This document shows, one piece after another, positions 1-12,440 of a stretch of 64,000 bases of DNA; position 1 is the stretch's first letter; every line of letters begins with the position of its first letter. This DNA comes from Squalus acanthias. Its lineage: Eukaryota. The stretch is taken from positions 113,648,001-113,712,000 of the forward strand of contig CM059431.1 in assembly GCA_030390025.1 (NCBI GenBank), given 5' to 3'. The notes below the pieces were generated by a model. That model saw only the letters and a program-made list of their open reading frames with translations. It made no database searches and was not told the origin of the DNA. Both the position numbers and the translations under genes were made by a program.

Positions 1-1
1 G

Positions 2-1356
2 GACGTATCGGCACTCTACACCAGTATCCCCCACGATGACGGCATCGCTGCGACAGCCTCAGTACTCAACACCAACAACAGCCAATCTCCAGACGCCATC
101 CTACAACTCATCCGCTTCATCCTTGACCACAATGTCTTCACCTTCGACAACCATTTTTTTACCCAAACACACGGAACAGCCATGGGGACCAAATTCGCAC
201 CCCAATACGCCAACATCTTCATGCACAAGTTCGAGCAAGACTTCTTCGCTGCACAGGACCTCCAGCCAACGCTGTACACCAGATACATCGACGACATTTT
301 CTTCCTTTGGACCCATGGTGAAGGATCACTGAAAAGACTACACGATAACATAAACAAGTTCCATACCACCATCAAACTCACCATGGACTACTCCTCAGAA
401 TCGGTTTCATTCCTGGACACACGAATCTCCATCAAAGACGGACACCTCAGCACTTCACTCTACCGCAAGCCCACGGACAACCTCACGATGCTCCACTTCT
501 CCAGCTTCCACCCTAACCACGTTAAAGAAGCCATCCCCTATGGACAAGCCCTGCGAATACACAGGATCTGCTCAGACGAGGAGGAACGCGATGGACACCT
601 ACGGACGCTGAAAAACGCCCTCGTAAGAACGGGATATGACGCTCGACTCATCAATCGACAGTTCCGACGGGCCACAGCGAAAATCGCATAGACCTCCTCA
701 GAAGGCAAACACGGGACACAACCAACAGGGTACCCTACGTCGTCCAGTACTTCCCCAGAGCGGAGAAACTACGCCATGTTCTTCGCAGCCTTCAACATGT
801 CATCGATGACGACGAACACCTCGCTAAGGCCATCCCCACGCCTCCACTACTTGCCTTCAAACAGCCGCCTAACCTCAGAAGTACCATCGTTCGCAGCAAA
901 TTACCCAGCTTTCAGGATAACAGCGACCACGACACCACACAACCCTGCCACGGCAACCTCTGCAAGACATGCCAGATCATCAACACAGATACCATCATCA
1001 CACGTGAGGACACTACCCACCAGGTACATGGTACATACTCATGTGACTTGGCCAACGTTGTCTACCTCATACGTTGCAGGAAAGAATGCACCACGGCATG
1101 GTACATCGGTGAGACCATGCAGACACTGAGACAACGTATGAACGGACACCACGCAACAATCACCAGGCAGGAGTCTTCCCTCCCAGTCGGGGAACACTTC
1201 AGCAGTCAAGGACATTCAGCCTCGGCTCTGCGGGTAAGCGTTCTCCAAGGCGGCCTTAGAAACACACGACAACGCAAAATCATCGAGCAGAAACTGATAG
1301 CCAAGTTCTGCACTCATGAGGACGGCCTCAACCGGGATCTTGGGTTTATGTCATGA
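2..1356 (+). pseudogene. Penelope reverse transcriptase + Cys-rich linker + GIY-YIG endonuclease, single frameshift
   Basis: Frame 2: DVSALYTSIP, GTAMG, RYIDDIF, FLD, LYRKPT. Frameshift in the A-run at ~680-683. Frame 1 then gives CHGNLCKTC, VVYLIRC, WYIGET..LRQRMNGH, GLN. Confidence 0.93.
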
Positions 1357-1680
1357 TACATGACGTGATCCAGACTCGAGTCGTCGTTGGCTTGTTCACA
1401 GATGTGATTCCCAGTAAAAAAGTAAAAATTTTAAAGTTTATCGTTTCCCATACCGACTGCGGCTTTTGACACATTGGACCCCCTGTGGCTCCACCTCATT
1501 GTCTCAGTTGTATCTTGCTATGTCTTTGATGTGGTACCTTCCTGGCTGACCTGATTGCCTTTTGTCACACCTCGGCAGATAAACAGTCAGGATGATTTAA
1601 ATGTAGTCGTCTGCTATTGTAAGTTACACATGCATTGTTCTCTATCTATATATACTTTGTCAACTCTGTATTTCTTTACT

Positions 1681-1718
1681 TCACCTGAGGAAGGGGTGTA
1701 AGCTCCGAAAGCTTGTGA
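1681..1718 (+). ncRNA. Minimal type I hammerhead ribozyme motif
   Basis: TCAC-CTGAGGA-A-GGGG(TGTAAG)CTCC-GAAA-GC-TT-GTGA: stem I TCAC/GTGA, CUGANGA core, stem II, GAAA, palindromic minimal helix III. Confidence 0.85.
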
Positions 1719-2623
1719 TTTCAAATAAAACTGTTGGACTATAACCTGGTGTTGTGCGACTTCTCACTATTTTTGTAATAATTCATTGAAAATATGAAAG
1801 TGCAACTTGTTCCTTCAATTATATTTGAAAGTTCACATGCATTTCAAACTGGTCTTTTAGCAGCAAAAATGTGGCGTAAAATAACAAAAGAAAAAAGAAA
1901 ATTAAACACATGTAATATATTTGACTGAAAAACTGGAAAATTCAGACCAAACTTAATATGAAAATGAAAGTCCAGGTGTTGAGTTCTAAACCAATGTGAA
2001 TGTACTAATCTTTGAAAATAGATAAATCAACAAATTTCCTTTCTACAAAATGTGTACAGTACGCTTCAGTTGTATAAACATTTAATATAGGCTTTAGGAA
2101 TGGGAAACAACTTTGATACATAGTCATGAACTTGCTGGCCCAGAAATTGGGCTACTTACCGCCACCTGTTTGTGCTGGGATCATGAAAAAAAAAATGGCG
2201 GCTGCCGCTCTAACACCCACCTCTGGCGCGGGACTCGGCAGCTGCCATTTCGGTGAGGGCCATAGCGCTACCAATAGCAGCACTGGCCCTGAACATGCAA
2301 ATATGAAGAGCATGACGTCAGTCGGCGTTAACGTCACGCTCTGCGAACTTGAACCTTTGAGCTGAGTTTAGCGCTGGGTCCTAAGCTCGCTATGAAAAGC
2401 AAGCGTGCAGCAGACTGACAGAGACACTGTCAGCACCTCTTAAAGGGACACGCACATCTTTCAGGTAAGTTTGCATTTAATCTTTGGGATTGGATTTTTT
2501 ATATTTTATTGAAGTAGTGGCTTGGTGCAATACATGGTAAAAGTTTTTAAAGTGTGCAAGGAGTGCAGGGAGTTCTGCTGGATGCTTGCAAGGCCTTGGA
2601 TGGTAAAGGAAGGCCTCTGGGAA

Positions 2624-2765
2624 GACAGAAAATACTGAAAATACTCAGCAGGTCAGGCAGCATCCGTGCAGAGCGAAACAGAATCAGTGTCTCAGGTTGA
2701 GATGCTGCCTGACCTGTTGAGCATTGCCAACATTTTCTGCTTTTATTTCACATTTACAGCATCCG
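2624..2765. repeat. Penelope-derived inverted-repeat (hairpin) element
   Basis: CTCAGCAGGTCAGGCAGCATC ... GATGCTGCCTGACCTGTTGAG inverted arms, same family as 46278-47768 and 51286-51515. Confidence 0.75.
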
Positions 2766-3099
2766 TTCGCAGAGGGAAGAGCAAGATGCAGAAGAGGAAG
2801 ACACAGAAGAGGAAGATGCAGAAGAGGAGGAAGCAGAAGGAAGGATGCAACCCAGACAGTCCCTTTCTGGCCGGGATATCCGGATGGAATCATCCGCCTG
2901 CGGTCCCAGTGACCACAACCTCAACTCCCCTTTCAACATTTGTCACACACCTACCCTTCCCTCTGTTCCTGACCATCACAGTGTCCTCTTGGCCACAATG
3001 CTGAGATAAAAGCCACCACAAAGCAAACTTTCCAATCCAACTTTAAACATCTATCCATCCAATATGACATCAAGAAATCAACTAATCACCCTTATGCAT

Positions 3100-3811
3100 T
3101 CCCTTAGTGACTGTCTTGTGTGTGCCTTTGCCTATCCTACTGATGTCACACAGTGCTACCCCAGTGGCTGCAGCATGGCTGGTGTAAGGCTGCTGACTTT
3201 CAGTGGGGGACACTGCAAATGGCTTTGCAGGCCGATCTTGAGGAGCTGGTGGCTGGGAGTGTCAAATCGAGTGACAATGTTTCTTCTTCTTCTTCACTCT
3301 CCTCTCTCTCTTCTGGTCAACCACTGGCTGGGAGGGCTGCATTTCTTGGGTGTGTGAAATGAAGAAGGCACAAGGGTGGAGTTGTGGTGAGGCGAGGGCG
3401 GGAAAGCAAGAGGTGCATGTCAGAAGGAGGATAACGTATGAGGATACCAGCATCTTGTATCCTTTCAGTCCTGCCGCTGGTCAAGGGCTCAGCCATGCCC
3501 CTACCAAGAATGGCCAGCACCGTCTCCTCCAAGGGGGTGAGGTGAAGCTAGGAATGGGAGGTGTGCCTTGTGTTTGGTACAGGTTGTTGTTAGCTGAGTG
3601 ATTGAGGGGGGTGGGGGGGGGATGGGTGTGGGGGAGTCGTGCATTGAACGGTGTGTGAGGCTTGTGGTGCAGTTGGTAGGAGACGGCATTTGCAGATGCA
3701 TTCACTGACCGTGGCCACTGGTCTGAGGTCATGAAGCTTCTTTAGGCACTGGAGCCAGGTTGTGGGGCCAACATTTCTGGTAGTGACAGCCTCGGTGATC
3801 TGGTCCCACAT
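3100..3811 (-). pseudogene. Harbinger Myb/SANT gene relic
   Basis: WDQITEAV...TWLQCLKKLHDL (Myb helix 3), EETVLAILGRGMAEPL (exon 2), and a C-terminus homologous to 10600-10750. Confidence 0.75.
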
Positions 3812-5270
3812 TGAAGCACTTTTCCCATTTTTTCAGGTGCAGAAGGCAATTCAGCTTTAAGAGCTGAAGACTGTTTAAGGTTTCCAAAATTTGCAGATCC
3901 CCAAAACCTAAGGAAAAAGGACTTTGGAACTACCCCAGAGTGATAAAAATGCATTTGGGCCTAACATAACGAATTTAAGACCAAAACCAAGCTTTGGCAT
4001 TTTAAAAGGACATGTCTGGACCTGTGAGGGAGAAAAGGCTGCACAGGACGTGGGATCAACCTCTGTAAATCGCAGTTTTGGGTATTGCATTGTCTGGGAA
4101 TCGGGATGACTTCACTGAAGCCCCAGCAAGCATTTAACATTTGGACAATAGGCCCTGGGAGAAGGCAGCCCCACCCAAAACACAGGCCTCATTAAAACCT
4201 ATCGCAGACCCATCAAAACCATGCATAATTCGAATAATTCAAGACACCTTTTGAATATCCCCAGGCCCAAACAGGATGCCAGAAGCCTGTAAACAATAAA
4301 ACATCTAGTACAGCCATTACTTCATCAAAAACCAATCAGCCAGGTATCTATAGGGACAAGATTTGACACGTAGATAAAGGCCCTGACTAAATGGGAGACA
4401 TCGGAAGACATCAGGACAATTTAACACCAAGTTAAACCCATCAAAACTTAACAAGCCCGCAAAACCAAGACAATGGAATGAACAGCCCTCAACTGAAACC
4501 TAAATCACTTCAACATGAAACCGATTTAGTAAGGGGTTTTGGCGCAAAAAAGACAAAGGGTCTGAACAGTATAATTGAGGGCTTAACCCCCAAGAAGCTC
4601 TCTCTCAGCTCTGTTCCAGTTGCAGCAAGTTCCAGCAAGACACTACCAGCCACACGACACGAGCAGGAGGAGGAGAGAAGCAGCAAGGCCACGAGGCAGA
4701 CCTGGGGTGAGATCGGAGGCAAGGACAGACTGGAGGCTGGGAGCGAGTCGGCATCGCTCAACCCACGGTCCAGCCCCAGAAGGTATCGCCCCGACAAGCC
4801 TCCAACGCAACAAAACTGGATGACCAGACCACCATCGCAGATTTCACAGACTGGTACCACATGGGGATGGCAGGCCCCAAAGGACAAAAAGAGAGTACCT
4901 CAAAATTGCAATCAACTTACCTGGCTGGATTTCGCACTGTCAAAACCCCTGTTTGGTGAGCATTATCCCTGATCTCCTGAAACTGAAACCTGGTTAGATA
5001 GTGGGATTTTTGGGAGGGATAAGGGTTTTTGTATATTGTCATTCTCCCTTGCCTGTACCATGTGTTCTCCAACGTGTTTAAGTGTGTTTTAAGTTTGTTA
5101 CCTTTTTCTTTTAATAAAAGTCAAAATTCTTTCATCGGAACCTGTTGTCTACTGCATCTTTATTCACAACCCCTAAATAAGTCCAAGGTCTGGAACCAGG
5201 GGCGTGGGAGCGATTCGAACCGCTCACTGAGTCAGAGGTGAGGCTGACCCCTACCACACCATCCCCTACA
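3812..5270 (+). mobile_element. Solo LTR (ERV/Gypsy-like), same family as 15440-16705
   Basis: TG...CCCCTACA ends, AATAAA at ~5113, many blocks shared in inverted orientation with 15440-16705 (e.g. TACTTCATCAAAAACCAATCA). No clear TSD, so the 5' boundary is approximate. Confidence 0.8.
5199..5266 (-). other. tRNA-like (A/B-box) cassette antisense within LTR U5
   Basis: Reverse complement reads GGGGATGGTGTGGTAGGGGTCAGC..CTCTGAC..GAGCGGTTCGAATCGCTC..CCCC. Confidence 0.55.
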
Positions 5271-6236
5271 ACTGCCATTTGGGAATTCTTTGTATTGTTA
5301 ACTTTTTTTTCAGAAGGCAGTTGAGTTCTAAGGGCTTAAAACTGCCTATTTTTAAATGATTTTTATTTTTTCAATTTTGGAAGGCAGTACCCCTTTAAAG
5401 GACCGCACTGATTTCTAAAATGACAACCTTGCTTTAAGAGAAGGCTGTCCTTGCTGCAATGACACTACGGCCGCGCTATATTGGGTCTCCTGCTGGGGAC
5501 TACCACCAGGAGATCCAGCCTTGCATTGTGAGTGTAGCACTGCACGAACCAAGCAGCACCATTTTACCGGTCCTGCCGGCACTATAAATTTCGGCGGCCG
5601 TTAACTGCGGCCCACGGTGCCACCAGCAGGTTTCCAGCAGTCTCGAATTTCTAGGACATTATCTTTGGAAAAGAGGACACCCTGAGGAAGCTTCATTAAA
5701 GTTTCCAAGATTATGAAGACAGCTGATAATTGATAGGCAAGTTATTCACATGACAAAGACTTCAAATGCCAGGCAACACAAATTAAAAATTAGGGACTAA
5801 GAAGACAATTATGAAAGAAAGATTTAGCCCAAAAGGCAACAGACAAAGTTGCTAGGGAAGGTCATTGAAGTGGACACCATGAATTGGCTCTAGAAGCAAT
5901 AAAAGGGTAAATTCACAGAGCTCACATTCCCAACAGGGAGCTGCATTTAATGGCAGCGTGGGTTAGAGAGTCTAGGCTATGGTTTAGCAGCCCTATCTTG
6001 AATGCTTTACCTAGGCTCAGAGGCTCAGGTCACAGGAATTCTCAATGTAGGGTGTCCCTGTCCCGCCCCCTCCGATAACAATGGGCTTGGGATGGACAGA
6101 GACTCTGCCCCCGCAAGGGAAAACGGTATCTTTGGGGCAAAGTCCGGAAGAGCCGAGTGCCAACCTAGTCTGTGGCCTTTCCGCCACACTCCTCCCAGAG
6201 TCACGACAGGACCGCGCCGGAAGAGCTGAAGATTTT

Positions 6237-7725
6237 CAACAACAACTTGTATTTATAAAGCGCCTTTAATGTAGTAAAACGTCTCAAGGCGCTGCACAGG
6301 AGTGTTATAAGACAAAAAATTTGACACCGAGCCACTTAAGGATAAATTGGGGCAGGTGACCAAAAGCTTGGTCAAAGAGGTAGGTTTTAAGGAGCGTCTT
6401 AAAGGAGGAAAGAGAGGTAGCGAGGCGGACAGGTTTAGGCAGGGAATTCCAGAGCTTAGGGCCTAGGCAACAGAAGGCACGGCCACCAACGGTTGAGTGA
6501 TTATAATCAGGGATGCACAAGAGGGCAGAATTAGAGGAGCGCAGACATCTCGCGGGGTTGTGGGGCTGAAGAAGATTACAGAGATAGGGAGGGGCGAGGC
6601 CATGGAGGGATTTGAAAACAAGGATGAGAATTTTGAAATCGAGGTGCTGCTTAACTGGGAGCCAATGTAGGTCAGTGAGCACAGGGGGTGATGGGTGAAC
6701 GGGACTTGGTGCGAGTTAGGACACGGGCAGTTGAGTTTTGGATGACCTCAAGTTTACGTAGGGTAGAATGTGGAGGCCAGCCAGGAATATATTGGAATAG
6801 TCAAGTCTAGAGGTAACAAAGGCATGGATGAGGGTTTCAGCAGCGGATGAGCTGAGGCAAGGACGGAGTCGGGCGACGTTACGGAGGTGGAAATAGGCGG
6901 TCTTTGTTATGCTGCGGATATGTGGTCGGAAGCTCATTTCAGGTCAAACATGACACCAAGGTTGCGAACAGTGTGGTGCAGCCTCAGACAGATGTTCAGG
7001 AGAGGGTTGGAGTCAATGGCTAGGGAACGGAGTTTGTGGTGGGGACCGAAAACAATGGCTTCGGTCTTCCCAATATTTAATTGGAGAACATTTCTGCTCA
7101 TCCACAACTGTATGTTGGACAAGCAGTCTGACAATTTAGAGACCATGGAGGGGTCGAGAGAAGAATTAGTGAGGGAGAGCTGGGTGTCGTCAGCGTAGAT
7201 GTGGAAACTAACGCTGTGTTTTCGGATGATGTCACCAAGGGGCAACATGTAGATGAGAAATAGGAGGGGGCCAAGGATAGATCCTTGGGGGACACCAGAG
7301 GTAACGATGCGGGAGTGGGAAGAGAAGCCGTTGCAGGTGATTCTCTGGCTACAATTAGATAGATAAGAATGGAACCAGGCGAGTGCAGTCCCACCCAGCT
7401 GGACGACGGTGGAGAGGCATTGGAGAAGGATGGAGTGGTCAACCATGTCAAAGGCTGCAGACAAGTCAAGAAGGACGAGGAGGGATAGTTTACCTTTGTC
7501 ACAGTCACAAAGGATGTCATTTGTGACTTTGATGAGAGCTGTTTCGGTACTGTGGCAAGGGCGGAATCCTGATTGGAGGGATTCAAACATGGAATTGCGG
7601 GAAAGATGGGCACGGATTTGGGAGGCGACAACACGTTCAAGGACTTTGTAGAGGAAAGGGAGGTTGGAGATGGGGCGGTAATGTGCAAGGACAGAGGGGT
7701 CAAGGGTTGTTTTTTTGAGGAGAGG
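6237..7725 (-). mobile_element. L2-clade LINE, 5'-truncated, frameshifted RT
   Basis: QSGFR..HSTETAL, LLDLSAAFD, GVPQGSILGPLLF, YADDTQL, LHWLPV, FKTLLKTYLF; (TTG)n tail. Inserted in a small TIR element (~6033-7785). Confidence 0.93.
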
Positions 7726-8896
7726 GTTTCAGTCTCCAATCACGTCAAACCAGAATCTTCTTTCTCGATTGTTTGAGAAATTCCCAGTGGATGTGCGTGC
7801 AGTCAATTATTTAAAAGTTGCTAATCATGACTTCTATAAAATCCCCACATCGTATATTGTAGAATAGTGTAGGAACAGTTGGACACTGTAACACTGTCAT
7901 AATTGTGATTTGAAAAGCCCGTAGCTGCACTAATTCTTCACAACTTGTCTTCTAAGGCATGACAATCATCAACACAGTTAAATTAACAAAACTGTTACTA
8001 TCATGTGGAAAGCACTCAGCAATCAATAAACCCATCTCTCTCAAGCTATAGCATTAATGCACAAACATATCAGCGTTTGGAACCAAAATATATCAGAACC
8101 AAAGAAGGATGTAGGCCAGTTCCCAGTAATTGCAAAACAGTTTTTATTCTTTCAATCCGATTATCCTAACCCTTAAAAGTCCTTCTACTTTCATGTCACC
8201 TCCTTCAGCTGAGAGATTGAATGCTGCTCCGCACCCAGCTTATAAGAGCTGTCCTTGTAACAAGGTAATGTGAAGAATAACTGCCCTTTATTTCTTTCAA
8301 GCTGAATTGTAGACGTTGTCATAAGAACAATCAGTACTAGTGATTAATTAGCCAGAGTAAACCGCAATACAAGTACAATGAGCCAGTCAGTGGGAGATTT
8401 ATTTCGCTCCCTTGTCCCTCGATGCTGACGGATAATATTCCATCCGCTAACTTGATACAGAGTTGATGAATTTCATTGAATTGCATGAAGCGTGTTCCAG
8501 TGATAAGCATCCTTACACCTGAACTCTCTGCCTTTTGCTTGGTGGCCACGTACTCAATCATTTGAAAGATAAGGGCCACTAAATTCGATAGCCATCGAAA
8601 ATGAGCATGGGATCTCGATGCGATTAACCCGTGCCCTTTGATTGCGATGCAGGCAGCACGCCAACTTCATGCTGTCTGTTCATTTAAATGATTGCAGTGT
8701 CCAGCCAGCACGAGCCACGCTGTTCATTGGCTGCATGCATCAGCAGAGGGCCAATATCGTGAGAGGCTAGCACCAGTTAATGCCAGCCTGCACTGCTTAA
8801 AGCTAACCTGCACCTCCTAAAGGGGAGGCGCATTGTGGCTGGAGCAGGTGCAGGGAGTCGTGTTTGAAGAGACTCTGACCTGGGAAAGAGTGAGGA

Positions 8897-10750
8897 ATGG
8901 CGCAACAGGGGAGAGAGCGGGCTCCAAAGTTTTCGGACGCTGCACTGGAGGTCTTGGTGGAGGAGGTGGAAAGGAGGAGAGATGTCCTGTATCTGCAGGG
9001 AGGAAGCAGGCCCTCTAGACAAACGGTCAAAAGGCAGTGGGAGCAGATAGCCATGGAGGCTAATGTCAGGAGTCATGCCCCGAGGGCTTGGATGCGATGC
9101 TGCAAGAAGTTCAATGACCTCACACGAGTGGTCAAGGTCAGTGAAGGCATCTTCAAATGCCATATCCCACCAACTGCACCAGTAGCCTCAGCCACTGCTC
9201 AAATCAATCTCTATCAATCAGGACTCATACCTAACGTTCATATGCTTCACCTCATCCTCACACACTGCTGCAAGCCTCACACCCACATCTCACAGCTTGC
9301 AAACATTGCCAGCTATTTAACCATGACAGCCACATCACTCAAACACATCGCACCGCACTCACTGACACACTTCCCTCTCTCTTGCAGGACAAGGTGGCGA
9401 ATGACTGGAGGCAGCAGGGGCTACCCGTAGGGAGACAGGCGCACTTGCATGTCCTAACCCCCATGGAGAAGATGGTGCTGGCCATTATTGGAATGGCAAT
9501 CGCTGAGCCCGTGGCCAGTGGCGGGGCTGAATCAATTGAAGATGACGGTACCCTTATACTTAATCCTCCTTCTCACATTCCACTTCCTCCTCATCTCACA
9601 ATCTCATCTGAGTTACAAGCTGCAAATGGTGTAAGCATGCACCTCTTACTTTCTCATCTCCCCTCATCACAACCTCACCCTTGTGCCTTTCCCCTTCCAA
9701 GAAGTGCAACCTGGTCAGGCAGTAGAGGGACATCAACAATAGAATAATGATGATGATGAAGACACACCGTCACCCGATTTCACACTCGCAGCCACCAGCT
9801 CAGATATTGGCACTGCGCATAATTTAGAGGATAGCATAGAGGCGGGATCTGCACGTGGTGAGACACTGGGCACGAGTGGCCTACAGCCAGGGCAGGGGTA
9901 AGGATAGCGCAGTGCCATCTCGCCAGAAGGCGAGGTTGCACACGAGTTCTGCTGCACAGGGCTCAGATGAGCACTTCGATGGGGCAGGCTAAAGAAATAG
10001 GCTGATGGATATGCACAATGAAATGCTTGGTGCAAAGGACGGCCTGCCAGAAAGCCTGCGTGCAATGTCAAGGAGTATGGAGGAGTCCGACACAAACTTG
10101 GCACAGGACTTTGTGCAGAGCTTGGAGCCCATCCTTTCCAGCATGGAAATGGTGGCCAACTCCATTAGCACATTTGTGGACCCAACCATGATGCAGCTTC
10201 TGATGGTCAATGTCTCAACTTTCATTGCAGCACAAGCAGCAGCCACCCAACATCTGAGTGGTGAAGTGGAAGCTCAGCCTGCTGTCATGCAAAGTCAGAC
10301 TGCTGCCATCATGGCTGTGCATTACAGTGTTCAAAGGGGTTTGCAAGGTGTCACAGCAGTCCGACAATCTGTCTTCCAACAGATTACTGAGGCGCCGCAC
10401 CGGGGAGTGGCAGTGGCTCCATGGAGCATGACCCTGCTGTCCTCTCTCAGGATGACAGCATTCGTCCTCTCACCCCTGCCACTCCGCCAGTGCCCTTGCT
10501 GTTGCCTGTCAGCCAGCCAGCCCATACTGCTGCCGCCCATGCCGAGATGGTGCAGTGCGCAGCTGGGCCTTCTAGACCCAGAGGTGCTCGAGGTCATCCT
10601 CCAAGCCCATCTACAGTCTCCTCCACTGAAAGTCAGCAGACTTCCACCAGCCATGCTGCAGCCACTGGGGTAGCACTGCGTAGGAGCACTAGGACAGGCA
10701 AAGGCACAGGGAAGACAGGCACTAAGGGATTGCACAAGGGTGATTATTGA
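8897..10750 (+). pseudogene. Harbinger Myb/SANT-like DNA-binding protein, 3 exons (8897-9136, 9388-9547, 9702-10750)
   Basis: RAPKFSDAALEVLVEEV...WEQIA...CCKKFNDL; GT-AG introns of phase 0 and 1; in-frame stops and frameshifts in exon 3. Confidence 0.88.
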
Positions 10751-10914
10751 CTTTTGTATGCAATATGGCATGATTTCATTTATAAATTTGATTTGGAATG
10801 TTTATTTTGTGGTGGCTTTTATTTTTGCATTGTGGTCAAGTGAATGCTGTGATGGTCAGTGACAGAGGGAAGGAAGGTGTGTGACTGTTGGTGAATGGGG
10901 AATTGGGGTTGTGT

Positions 10915-12253
10915 TTACTCGTATCGCACTCGGATGAGTTCTTCATGGACAGCCCAGGCAAAAAGGGGTTGCCTCCTCCCTTCCTCTTTCCCCTGCTCCT
11001 CCTCCTCCTCCTGCTCCTCAGCTGCTCGTCGTATAGCTGGTGGCAAGGGCTGTGCCCTCATGATGGCGAGGTTGTGCAGCATGCAGCAGACTACCACAAA
11101 TCTTGACACCCACTCTGCTGAGTACTACAGGGCTCCTCCACTGCGGTCCAGGCAGCAGAAGCATTGTTTCAGCACTCCAAAGGTCTGCCCTATCACAATT
11201 TGTGTGGCAGCATGGCTTTCATTGTATGCACGCTGCGCACGTGTGCGTGGGTGGCGCACGGCATCATGAGCCATGTCGTCAGCAGATAGCCCTTGTCGCC
11301 CAGTAGCCACCCTTTGGTTTGCCATGGGTGGCAATGAAGGCATCATGACCAATGTTCTCCCTAACTTTTTTTGGATGCGTAGTCCCTTTAACAGGCTGTG
11401 CGGCTCATTCAAAGTTTCGAGCATGCGTGAAATTTCACGTTTGAAAAGCTGGTCCTGGGCTGCGCGGGACCAGCAGACAGCTGCGCAGCCACCCAGCTTA
11501 GAGGGAACATTAATCGTGACTGAGGCCAGGGTACCTGGCATTGACCTTCATGATGTGCTGCCTATGATCGCGCACCAGCTGGATATTGAGGGAGCGGAAT
11601 CCCTTTCAGCACTCCAATGGTCTGCTCTATTACATTTCGTGTGGCAGCGTGGCTTTCATTGTATGCATGCTGCGGTACATGGCAGAGTTGACATGTGGCG
11701 CCCGCAAAGCGATGTGCGCGCTGTCAATGGCACCCTGCACCATGGGGAAGCCTGCAATCCGAGCGAAGCTGTGTGCTCGCTCTGCCTGCTGATCTCTGGC
11801 AAGAAAGATTGAAATGTAGTCAGCTTTCTTGGAATAGAGAGCCGCAGTGACCTCCCTTACACAACAGTGGACAATAAACTGCGAGATGTTGCAAATATCT
11901 CTGGCTCCAGCCCGGAACGATCCAAATGCACAAAAGTTCATCGCCACGGTCACCTTCACAGCCACAGGAATGAGGTCCTCGCCCTGCTCTGAGGGCAGTT
12001 GTGGCTGCAGCAGGTGGCAGATTTCAGTGAGGATGCCCTTACTGAAGCACAGACATCTCACACATTGTTCCTCGCTGAGGTTCAGGTAGGAGAAGTGCTC
12101 CCTGAACACCCTGGGTGGATATGGCCTTCTGCTGAGAGCCCTTCTCCCCCTCCTCATCCTCCCTCTTCCAGCAGCTTGTCCTGCTCTGCCTGACCTCTGT
12201 TCATTCTCCAAGTCCTGCTGTATTCCAAGGGGAATTCCTACTAGTACACCCAT
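10915..12253 (-). pseudogene. HARBI1-like DDE transposase
   Basis: LSEEQCVRCLCF, VAVKVTVAMNF..GSF, GFPMVQGAIDSAHI, YPG.SHD, YNESHAAT..IGQTFGVLKQCF, CCMLHNLA; frameshifts and insertions. Confidence 0.9.
11350..11512. mobile_element. hAT-type MITE (163 bp)
   Basis: TIRs CAATGTTCTCCCTAA / TTAGAGGGAACATTA; 8-bp TSD ATCATGAC / ATCGTGAC. Confidence 0.85.
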
Positions 12254-12440
12254 GTCTGGCAGCAAATGGTTTGTGCAGAATCCTTGAAGTCAGGAAAAAG
12301 TCCTTCAGCATCTGCCACACCACGACTTTTGCAACTTGTAACAACTTTAGAAAGCACCAAACACTTGTAGAATCATAGCAACAGCCAGCAGAAATCAAGC
12401 AGCAACTAATCTGTAAGTAGGTGATAATCCCTTTAAATAA

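Larger units (their letters stand above)
1..1768 (+). mobile_element. Penelope-like retroelement (3' part; 5' end outside window) with pseudo-LTR
   Basis: RT plus GIY-YIG ORF, then about 400 bp of 3' region containing a hammerhead motif and AATAAA (~1724). Confidence 0.93.
2137..5657. mobile_element. Internally deleted PIF/Harbinger element interrupted by an LTR and a Penelope hairpin
   Basis: TIR-like GGCCCAGAAATT ... AATTTCTAGGAC. Nuclease acidic-tail relic at 2770-2880 (+). Myb relic on the minus strand. Confidence 0.7.

Noticed and set aside
2780..2845. Short direct repeats (GATGCAGAAGAGGAA) resembling an array
   Set aside because: Low-complexity Glu-coding tail of the nuclease relic; no spacers, so not CRISPR-like.
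4478..4972. 164-aa ORF in the LTR
   Set aside because: No recognisable domain, and no comparable long ORF in the second LTR copy.
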